Below are positions 28,750-36,296 of a stretch of DNA of 64,000 nt, in pieces. The notes beneath the pieces are model-generated. The model had not been told where the DNA came from. It made no database searches and saw nothing but the letters and a program-made list of their open reading frames with translations. Made by a program: the position numbers and the translations under genes. The DNA lies in the sequence record PV037725.1; one strand, written 5' to 3'. The first letter of the stretch is position 1; the number at the start of each line of letters is the position of its first letter.

Positions 28750-29427
28750 ATGGAAAAGTCTATCCACGCACCAAAGAAATGGCAACCAGAGCACATGCCC
28801 ATCGGCAGTGTTGTTCGATATACCACTACGCGTAATGGCCGGGATGATGACATCCTCGAGGTGACGGTTACCGGTCATCGATACAACGAGGTTGATTCAT
28901 TCGTATTCGAAACCGATCACCAATGTCCGATCTTCGCAGATGATCCATTGGCCAAGGCTTCGGCCAATGGTGATTACGTGGTGGAGATCGTCTCCCGTGG
29001 TACAGGTGGTACCTCCATGGCTACCCAAGCCCGCGAAGGTCGTGCTGCACGATTGGCAGAGTACAACAAACGTTTCCAAAACGGATACCTACACCAATAC
29101 ACTGGTTCACACCAGTACGCATCGTATGATCGCGAAACTCTGGTCTATATGGCCCTAGCGGCTAATGACCAACTGTTCAGCCTATTCAGTCAACATGGCC
29201 AACACTTCCGTTTGGGTAATGACTTCTTTGACAAGTTGGCGGACTGCTTTGAATATCGCGGTTACATGAACATGGTCGTAGTAGCCAACAAACGCAAGTT
29301 GATTAAGCGGCTGAAGCAACTACTCCCACGTTATCGCGTAAGTAAGAAGTCACTAATGGCTGAACATCGTGCCATTGAAGAAGAGTTCTATCGCCGGGAT
29401 ATGGAATACCATTTCGGCGAGGAGTAA
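28750..29427 (+). CDS. Hypothetical early protein
   Basis: SD AGGAG; 225 aa. Confidence 0.7.
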   Translation: MEKSIHAPKKWQPEHMPIGSVVRYTTTRNGRDDDILEVTVTGHRYNEVDSFVFETDHQCPIFADDPLAKASANGDYVVEIVSRGTGGTSMATQAREGRAARLAEYNKRFQNGYLHQYTGSHQYASYDRETLVYMALAANDQLFSLFSQHGQHFRLGNDFFDKLADCFEYRGYMNMVVVANKRKLIKRLKQLLPRYRVSKKSLMAEHRAIEEEFYRRDMEYHFGEE

Positions 29428-29430
29428 CGT

Positions 29431-29468
29431 TATAAAGCCCCTCCTTTACGGGAGGGGCATTTATTTTT
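29431..29468 (+). terminator. Intrinsic terminator of the GCCCCTCC family
   Basis: TATA aa GCCCCTCC ttTACG GGAGGGGC ATTTATTTTTT. Confidence 0.8.
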
Positions 29469-29520
29469 TGTTATCGCTTTATTTTTTATTTAGTCATCAA
29501 CCTTAACTAGAGGATCTAGC

Positions 29521-30051
29521 ATGCAATTGACTAACGTATCTAAGATTGGCCTAATCAGTGTACTCGCTATTGATCAACCCGGCGGTGTAGAATACTGGAC
29601 CGGTGGCACTGAGTTCCATAAGGACATCGTTCATGCAAATCAACTGGGTTGTGGTGCAGCTATGCATTGGATGGCCAAGTTGAATAATCGCGGCCTCAAT
29701 GTTCGCTGTGTAACTCACCCTGATGGTGATATCCAGATGATCCACTGGGCTGACATTGGTTGGGTTGTGGTAAACCATCGTAACTGGCCAGTGACAGTAC
29801 ACCGCGCCTATTACACTGGCGCATACGGCGAAGGCTGGTTCATGGAGGGTGAAGGTTCTATCGAACGTAAGCTCTGCATCAATCGCCCCAACCACACCTA
29901 CGTGGACATCACGGTACGTGGTCGTGAGATCATCAGTGCCGAACTCCGTGTAGAAGGTGAGACATTCGACAAGTGGGGTACTCTGAGTATTCCATGTGAC
30001 TCCGATCTGGCTTACCAGTTCGGCTTTGACCCTACCCCATTGGAGTTGTAG
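29521..30051 (+). CDS. Hypothetical protein
   Basis: SD GAGGA; 176 aa. Confidence 0.7.
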   Translation: MQLTNVSKIGLISVLAIDQPGGVEYWTGGTEFHKDIVHANQLGCGAAMHWMAKLNNRGLNVRCVTHPDGDIQMIHWADIGWVVVNHRNWPVTVHRAYYTGAYGEGWFMEGEGSIERKLCINRPNHTYVDITVRGREIISAELRVEGETFDKWGTLSIPCDSDLAYQFGFDPTPLEL

Positions 30052-30052
30052 T

Positions 30053-30409
30053 ATGGACGAATACTATCCTACCCTAAAAGAAGTACTTGAAGTGTTGGGG
30101 GAGGATTGTATTCTGGTGGGTTCAGCTACATGGAAACCTGAGTCAGAATGTAAGGACTTTGATTTCGTTATTAACAGTAACGGTGTTAATCGACTGCTTG
30201 AACATTACGGTTACTACATATACCAAGAGGCTGATACCTGGTGGCAATATATACCGGTTGACGCTAAAGGTAAATGTGTTGACTTCTTTTTCGGGTTGTG
30301 TGAAATCGTTGACGAATCAAAGTTTCATCTCCGTCTAACTTATGAGCAAGCTTCCACCCTACCCTTGACTATTAAGATCATTGGTGGGGTGGAGGTACTA
30401 TCTATTTAA
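30053..30409 (+). CDS. Minimal nucleotidyltransferase (pol-beta superfamily)
   Basis: ATG 30053; hGS...DxD motif ILVGSA...KDFDFVI and a third acidic residue in CVDFF; 118 aa. Confidence 0.65.
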   Translation: MDEYYPTLKEVLEVLGEDCILVGSATWKPESECKDFDFVINSNGVNRLLEHYGYYIYQEADTWWQYIPVDAKGKCVDFFFGLCEIVDESKFHLRLTYEQASTLPLTIKIIGGVEVLSI

Positions 30410-30423
30410 CAGGAGTTTTAGTC

Positions 30424-30942
30424 ATGGAAATGCAAAAACTGTTTAACCTGATCGAGCGTACTGCTGATCACAGCTCTGCGTTGAATATCCCACACCATGT
30501 GGAGTTGGTCGAGCTGATAAAAGGCTCAACCCATGCTGCCCGTATCTACGCTGGCGATGAAGTTGCTGAATGCATCGACACTATCCGTAACTCGCAATAC
30601 GGCTCGGTATCTGAGAAGCGGTCTATGACCGAATTCGTACTTCGTCGCGTTGTAGCGGTCCTCTGTGAGGAGGAAGGTCTCGACCTGATGTACCGCTTCC
30701 CTAATCAGCAGCGTACACTGCATGTGGGCCTGGTGGTCCGTGAGACCCATACTGGTACCGATGCGGTTTACGGTATCCGTGACTGTGATTCGGATGGTAG
30801 TGATAGCCCAGTGTGGGAATTCGTGCCAGTCGACAATAGCCGTCTGTTCGATGCTATCCAATGGCGTATGCGTGACCCGCGCCGTGTTAGCATCTACGGT
30901 TGGGCTGATCCAATCAATATCAACAAACCACTCGAGTTTTAA
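30424..30942 (+). CDS. Hypothetical protein
   Basis: SD AGGAG; 172 aa. Confidence 0.7.
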   Translation: MEMQKLFNLIERTADHSSALNIPHHVELVELIKGSTHAARIYAGDEVAECIDTIRNSQYGSVSEKRSMTEFVLRRVVAVLCEEEGLDLMYRFPNQQRTLHVGLVVRETHTGTDAVYGIRDCDSDGSDSPVWEFVPVDNSRLFDAIQWRMRDPRRVSIYGWADPININKPLEF

Positions 30943-30957
30943 CTCAAGGAGCTTGAC

Positions 30958-31464
30958 ATGTTTTATAAAGAAGATTATTCGTTTGAACTCGGTACCTTCT
31001 CTGGCTCTAACAAGATCCTGGAGGATATCAAATCGAAGGCGATCGAGCAATTTGATCGCTTTAACCTGGCCTGCGATCAGCGTAACATCGATGTCGCAAA
31101 CTCCCTGGTCTTCAAATTGGAAGACCTGAGCTACATGTGGGCGCTCAACCTTGAGTTGGGTATTCAAACCCTGGCGATCTATCGTGCTGGTAACGAGGTT
31201 CCACTCGTGGTGGTGGATCAAAAGATGCCATGGTGCGGTGAACCACATCACCAACACATGGCTGAGTTCGTTAACCATCACATGGGTAAGTCGGATTCGA
31301 ACCGTCGCCGACTGGGTGCCGAGTTCATCATCGGGCAGCTTAACCTTATTGCTATTGCGCAACTCGAAGATGATATTCGAGCCATCGCGCGTTGGGATAA
31401 CGCTTACGCTGCACGTCGCGCAATAATGGCTATCATGCCTATTGAAGTAGGTACTCCAGCATGA
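30958..31464 (+). CDS. Hypothetical protein
   Basis: SD AAGGAG; 168 aa. Confidence 0.7.
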   Translation: MFYKEDYSFELGTFSGSNKILEDIKSKAIEQFDRFNLACDQRNIDVANSLVFKLEDLSYMWALNLELGIQTLAIYRAGNEVPLVVVDQKMPWCGEPHHQHMAEFVNHHMGKSDSNRRRLGAEFIIGQLNLIAIAQLEDDIRAIARWDNAYAARRAIMAIMPIEVGTPA

Positions 31465-31745
31465 AAGATTGGAAATTTCCAGAAAGCACCCCAAGTGTTT
31501 TGTACATCGGTAACGCAGCGGACCAAGTTAGCTTTGGTCACCTCTTTGGGCAGATCGAATTACATTTCGGTTCAGCTGTCCCATTGAGTCACCTTCGGAT
31601 TGAATACATCCGCCATACACTCGAGGAGCCATGTGGTTGCTGCACTGGTTCTGGTGTGTATGGCGATTACTATCGCATCGAGTTGGTTGATGTACCGGAT
31701 GAGTACACGCCCGCTACCCCTATCAAGGAACTGGTGATTGACTAA
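31461..31745 (+). CDS. Hypothetical protein with CGCC motif
   Basis: ATGA overlap; 94 aa. Confidence 0.65.
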   Translation: MKDWKFPESTPSVLYIGNAADQVSFGHLFGQIELHFGSAVPLSHLRIEYIRHTLEEPCGCCTGSGVYGDYYRIELVDVPDEYTPATPIKELVID

Positions 31746-31975
31746 TGACAATAACTCCGCAAACCTTGTGGCTGGGCCTGACGGCTATCATCACAATAAT
31801 GATGGCTATCCAGGTATACGTAATGGCCGGTTATTACCAATCGGTCAGGCAGATCAAGGAGGTCGAGAAATCGGACCACCTCGAACTGAGTTGGAAATTG
31901 GTGGTGGGCTGGTCCCTGACTCCGGGCGTAATCGGGGTAGTGACTTGCCTAGCTCAAGCCAACACGTACCTGTAG
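31745..31975 (+). CDS. Two-TM membrane protein
   Basis: TAATG coupling to the upstream gene; two hydrophobic segments. Confidence 0.6.
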   Translation: MTITPQTLWLGLTAIITIMMAIQVYVMAGYYQSVRQIKEVEKSDHLELSWKLVVGWSLTPGVIGVVTCLAQANTYL

Positions 31976-32066
31976 GTCTACAACTCGGTACACTGGTCAT
32001 TATGTGGGGCCTAACCATTGGCCTCATTGGTGGCTTTGTCTATAACTATTTAATCAAAGGTGCTCT

Positions 32067-32411
32067 ATGAACATGGCTCAAACTATCGCCAAGATCCATA
32101 AAGATCGTGATGATGAAATCTTCAATCAACTCACCGAAATGGTTAACAATAAACTCAGCGATCCTTCATGGGTACAGGTTGGTGATAACTATCGCCGTAG
32201 CGATGACAATGTTTTCACCTATACGTTTGACTTGAATGGAACCCTCAAGTCGATTCTCACTGATGATGAGAAACCGTGGGCCTCGAAACAAATCAAAGAC
32301 CGTTTGGCTAAGTACTATTACGAGCAAGGGTTTGAAGCATCAATCACCACGATGGACGAGCTGACCCTACGTATTCAAGGCATCGACACTGGTGAAGTAG
32401 ATGTGCCGTAA
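32067..32411 (+). CDS. Hypothetical protein
   Basis: 114 aa; SD AAAGGT. Confidence 0.65.
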   Translation: MNMAQTIAKIHKDRDDEIFNQLTEMVNNKLSDPSWVQVGDNYRRSDDNVFTYTFDLNGTLKSILTDDEKPWASKQIKDRLAKYYYEQGFEASITTMDELTLRIQGIDTGEVDVP

Positions 32412-32646
32412 ACTGGGTGGGCGTAAATACCGGGATCGTACGGAGGGTCTAAAAGAGTTCTTTAAGAATGATCCGTACGGTTGGAATACTCTACTCAATG
32501 CTAGTTACCTAAGCACTAAGTTCAATGGTAACTTAGGTGAGTATGAGGATCTTCGAAAGATGCGACCAACCCGCGAAGCGTACCTAGCCAAGCTTTGGAA
32601 GTATCACAATCGCACTAACCCATTGAGGTTGACACATGCTCAATAA
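32401..32646 (+). CDS. Basic hypothetical protein starting MCRKLG
   Basis: 81 aa; overlaps both neighbours by a few bases. Confidence 0.6.
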   Translation: MCRKLGGRKYRDRTEGLKEFFKNDPYGWNTLLNASYLSTKFNGNLGEYEDLRKMRPTREAYLAKLWKYHNRTNPLRLTHAQ

Positions 32647-33013
32647 GCTTTATGGTCGTTGGCTAGCTAGCTGGATTGAGCGTGCAGCCAATAACCCGGC
32701 GTATGGCGCGGGCCGACCATTTCTCTGCTCAGTGATCCTCGACTGTTATTGGTCACCATATCGGTATTTAGTCATAGATCACATCACGAGAATGTTGAAT
32801 ACCCACATGACCTTACGGATGCATTTAGACGTATTCGTAAATGGTCGTTTGCCATCCAACTGGCATGATCGTGAAATGTATCACCGTAAGTTCTGGCAAC
32901 TCAAATGTGAAGCCTTGCGTCGAGGGGATTTAGATTGGGGGCGTATCCCAGACCTCGATGCACTCAACCTCAGGAGTTTACTCGATGAAAATGTATCACG
33001 GTCCATTCGGTAG
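32636..33013 (+). CDS. Hypothetical Trp/Arg-rich protein
   Basis: SD GAGG; 125 aa. Confidence 0.6.
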   Translation: MLNKLYGRWLASWIERAANNPAYGAGRPFLCSVILDCYWSPYRYLVIDHITRMLNTHMTLRMHLDVFVNGRLPSNWHDREMYHRKFWQLKCEALRRGDLDWGRIPDLDALNLRSLLDENVSRSIR

Positions 33014-33209
33014 TTATCAAGCAGGTAGCATCGGCGCGGTGTTGAACGCGTTGTGTGAACAGGAAGGTCGTTCGAGTGGGTTGGTCGGTAACTACGCCAT
33101 TGGTAGCGGTAAAGTTTACCGTAACCCCACGTCGACCACAGTCCTTGCTACGTTTGAGTGGGATGATGAAGGCAATATTAAATTCACTTGGTTGCCTCAG
33201 GCGGCATAA
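32985..33209 (+). CDS. Hypothetical protein
   Basis: ATG 32985 after SD CAGGAG. Confidence 0.65.
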   Translation: MKMYHGPFGSYQAGSIGAVLNALCEQEGRSSGLVGNYAIGSGKVYRNPTSTTVLATFEWDDEGNIKFTWLPQAA

Positions 33210-33330
33210 AAGAAATAGCTCACCAGGGCACTACTCCCGGTGAGCTGGCCGCTATCAAGGATTAGTGGTCCTCTCTAACGGGTTGACCACGCTACCTTCG
33301 ATTCAACTGAATCCCCTCGTGGGACCAATC
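33201..33330 (+). ncRNA. Candidate structured RNA in an intergenic gap
   Basis: Several perfect helices (AGCTCACC/GGTGAGCT, GCGGC/GCCGC, GTGGTC/GACCAC or TGGTCC/GGACCA, GATTC/GAATC) in a 190-nt gap. Confidence 0.4.
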
Positions 33331-33398
33331 TTCAATCCAGCTTTGTTGTCAGTACGATACAATCATTCACATATTATCTACACAGGAGTATTTCTTTC

Positions 33399-33659
33399 AT
33401 GTCGATGGAAGAGGCTATCCACGCTGCAACGATTAAGTTCAACATGAACCATATCATGACCCAACTCGAAGATGCCATGTTGAAAGGGGCTCATAGTCTT
33501 ACTTTCAAACGTCGAGATGATCAAAAACCCCCGACCTCACTTCCTACTGGTGAGATGCATTTTATGCAAGCTGTCCGTCTATCTCGAGAAGGTTGGACTG
33601 TTGAGCGTTCCAGTGGTGTGTTCACTATCTCTGGTTGGGGCGATACAGTAACAGTGTAG
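33399..33659 (+). CDS. Hypothetical protein
   Basis: SD CAGGAG; 86 aa; last gene before a bidirectional terminator. Confidence 0.65.
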   Translation: MSMEEAIHAATIKFNMNHIMTQLEDAMLKGAHSLTFKRRDDQKPPTSLPTGEMHFMQAVRLSREGWTVERSSGVFTISGWGDTVTV

Positions 33660-33665
33660 TTGTGT

Positions 33666-33697
33666 CATAAAGCCCCTCCGCAAGGAGGGGCACTATG
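33666..33697. terminator. Bidirectional CATA-hairpin-TATG element
   Basis: CATA aa GCCCCTCC GCAA GGAGGGGC ac TATG between convergent genes. Confidence 0.85.
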
Positions 33698-33711
33698 CTG
33701 TTTCTTTTTTG

Positions 33712-34890
33712 TTAACGATCAGCTTTAGACGCTGAGTTCTCAGCCTGATCAAACAACTTCATCGCGCCGTAGGTAACGTGGGTAACGTGCTCTACAGTTT
33801 TAGCAGCCAATTCCAGTACTGGACTAGCAGCACGCTTCAGATCGGCTTTACGATCTTCTTTAGCGCTGTTGCAGGCAGCTACGATTTCTTTGGCATCTTT
33901 CTCAATCTCTTGGACCAATGGTGCCAGACGTTTCATCTCGGTGATCACTTTATGGATAGCTTTCAGAGACTGGGCTTTCTTAGCTTCGTCGGTACCCGAA
34001 CCACCTTTGATCAATCGGTAGATCAAACCAGCCCAACTGAAAATGAGTACCCAGAACCAGTCCCCCGCCGTCCACTTACCTTCGTTGTTCTTAGGTGGTG
34101 GCACGTCTTCAACAACCCACTTGCTGCGACCGTCTTTAACAGTCACGTCGGTGTTGTTCATCAGTTGTACGAAAGTCTTACCTTGGATAGCAGCGCCAGA
34201 CGAATCTTCGCCACGGGACCACTTAACGATATTATCTTTACCTTGACGAACCAACTCAGCCAGTTGCTTAACGCCATCAACTTCTTGGCCAAAGTCTTTA
34301 GGTCCCATCAGTTCATCGTTCATGTGGAATAATTTCCAGAACGCTTTGTAGTTGATTACGATATCGTTCTCTGGGGCAAAGTCATCTTCACGAACTTCGT
34401 TCAGTTTGGCCAATGCTTGCTTGTAGTTCGACATCGAGGTACCGATGGACTCTTCTACACCACTAGCAAATTCTTCAAACGCCAATGTCACACAACCACG
34501 GATCTCATTTGCATGACCGCGTACGGAGCGTGCGAACTTACGAACACCACCTTTAGTGGCAGGGAAGTTTTCGAGGCTAGCCATAGGGTGTCCAGTCAGT
34601 TCAGTCATTTGGCGAACGATACGCTTGTAGGACTCCATTGCGGGCGCAGTGGTAATGCCATCAATATCACCAGCCATGGCATCCAGTTCGTCAGCCACAG
34701 CTACGGAGTCAACGATAGGATCAAGGGTAGTTTCTGGTGCGACGATAGTCTCACAGATACGATTATCGATAATGGTGTCACCTTCGATAACCTGTTCTGG
34801 AGGGATAGAGTTCATAAACTCTTCAATAGCTACTTGTTCAGCAGTCAGTTTCGGTTTTGCATGTTTCATTACGGGACTAGGCTTAGCCAT
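33712..34890 (-). CDS. Inner head protein paralog with hydrophobic segment
   Basis: AMESY, SLENF, AFEEF motifs; aligns by eye with the 34902 product. Confidence 0.65.
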   Translation of the reverse strand: MAKPSPVMKHAKPKLTAEQVAIEEFMNSIPPEQVIEGDTIIDNRICETIVAPETTLDPIVDSVAVADELDAMAGDIDGITTAPAMESYKRIVRQMTELTGHPMASLENFPATKGGVRKFARSVRGHANEIRGCVTLAFEEFASGVEESIGTSMSNYKQALAKLNEVREDDFAPENDIVINYKAFWKLFHMNDELMGPKDFGQEVDGVKQLAELVRQGKDNIVKWSRGEDSSGAAIQGKTFVQLMNNTDVTVKDGRSKWVVEDVPPPKNNEGKWTAGDWFWVLIFSWAGLIYRLIKGGSGTDEAKKAQSLKAIHKVITEMKRLAPLVQEIEKDAKEIVAACNSAKEDRKADLKRAASPVLELAAKTVEHVTHVTYGAMKLFDQAENSASKADR

Positions 34891-34901
34891 GTTAAGGTAC
34901 C

Positions 34902-36056
34902 TTACTTGGTATGTTTACGTACGATTTTAGTGAAGAGTGTGTCAGTACCTTTAGTGATGTCGCAAACCTGTTTCATGATGAACATGGCTAACTCCATTAC
35001 CGGAACGATACGACGATTCAGCGCTGATTCTTGTGTTTCATTTACTTTCTTAAACAGATCTACAAGGTCCTGTACATGACCAGACAGATCATCCACAACA
35101 TCTTCCAGTGCCTCAACAGCACGAATGAATTTGTGTATCTCACCTAGATTATTGGACACTTTTGCCTCGGAGTCTTTTTTCTTATGGTTAATGGCTTTAG
35201 TAAGCTCATAACCAAACCGTCCAAATAATACCCCACCAAAGATCATAGCTGCATGTTGACCCCAACTATGGGACTTTCGTGGTAGGCGAGTCTTACGTTG
35301 ATCGGTCTCAAACTGACCACTAACTACCTTAGCCTTACGGTTGAACATTATGTAGATGGACTGTTGCTCAGGAAGGTCTCGACCACTCCGTTCCAGCTTA
35401 TCTTCATCGCCCAGTTTAGCTACGTCTTTAGCAATACGATCTACGCCAGTAGCCACACGACTAACTAGACGCTCAAGGTTGGCTGTCTCAGCCCGAATGA
35501 CCGATAAAGGTTCTTCACCTTTGAATGTATCCTTAACCATGAACATGTCAAATATGCGTGTGTGGTTAACTTCGATCTTGGTACTGACTTCGTTTTCAAT
35601 CTCAGAATCAGTTGCACGTAGTTTACGGTTAAGCTGATCGTACTGCTTAACAATTTCAGCAAAGTCCTCTTTAACATCACTAGCGTAGCTTTCGAAGGCC
35701 ATAGTGAGTTCAGTGTCTAGCTTACTCACTTCTTTCCGAATAGCATCAGCTAAGGCTTTCTTCCGTGTAATGGTACCAGTGAATCCTTCCAATGAAATAG
35801 CTTTAGTCTCTACGACATGATTGACGCCCGTTAAGGCCGTATACGTCCACTGGTAAGCTTCCAATGACGTTTGGTCACGTACGGTATCAACTCGATCGGC
35901 TAGCTCTGATAGTGCTGCCTGAGTGCGTTCTACTTCAATCAATGCTTCTACAGGTGAATCTTCAGGTAGAGTTTCAAATTGTAGCTCTTCCTCGATTTGT
36001 TCTACAGCGACTCTGGGTTGCATTACGTCCATGTCGGTTAGTTTCTTTTGTTTCAT
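34902..36056 (-). CDS. Inner head protein paralog with hydrophobic segment
   Basis: SLEAY, SLEGF, AFESY motifs; TATG upstream on the minus strand. Confidence 0.65.
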   Translation of the reverse strand: MKQKKLTDMDVMQPRVAVEQIEEELQFETLPEDSPVEALIEVERTQAALSELADRVDTVRDQTSLEAYQWTYTALTGVNHVVETKAISLEGFTGTITRKKALADAIRKEVSKLDTELTMAFESYASDVKEDFAEIVKQYDQLNRKLRATDSEIENEVSTKIEVNHTRIFDMFMVKDTFKGEEPLSVIRAETANLERLVSRVATGVDRIAKDVAKLGDEDKLERSGRDLPEQQSIYIMFNRKAKVVSGQFETDQRKTRLPRKSHSWGQHAAMIFGGVLFGRFGYELTKAINHKKKDSEAKVSNNLGEIHKFIRAVEALEDVVDDLSGHVQDLVDLFKKVNETQESALNRRIVPVMELAMFIMKQVCDITKGTDTLFTKIVRKHTK

Positions 36057-36258
36057 AGGTCTACCTGATCAGGGTTTTAAATAACATACGATTGAATTAA
36101 AATACTGGCTTGTCCAACACTGTGTACAGAGACCCCCTCTAAGAGCATAGGCCCGCCCGTAGGGCTTTTATTTCTTATATTAACTACGGTTACGTTAGTA
36201 ACCAATGCATAGCTTTGATAGACTCCTTAGTGCTGTTAGCGTAGCTGTGTAATATGGA

Positions 36259-36293
36259 CATAAGCCATCCCCACAAGAGGGATGGCATTTATG
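36259..36293. terminator. CATA-hairpin-TATG element
   Basis: CATA a GCCATCCC CACAAGA GGGATGGC att TATG after the Kelch gene. Confidence 0.75.
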
Positions 36294-36296
36294 ACG

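Noticed and set aside
33262-33327. tRNA-like element ending in ACCA
   Set aside because: No cloverleaf, no TTC-containing T-arm at the right spacing, and the CCA is itself paired; kept only as a generic structured-RNA candidate.
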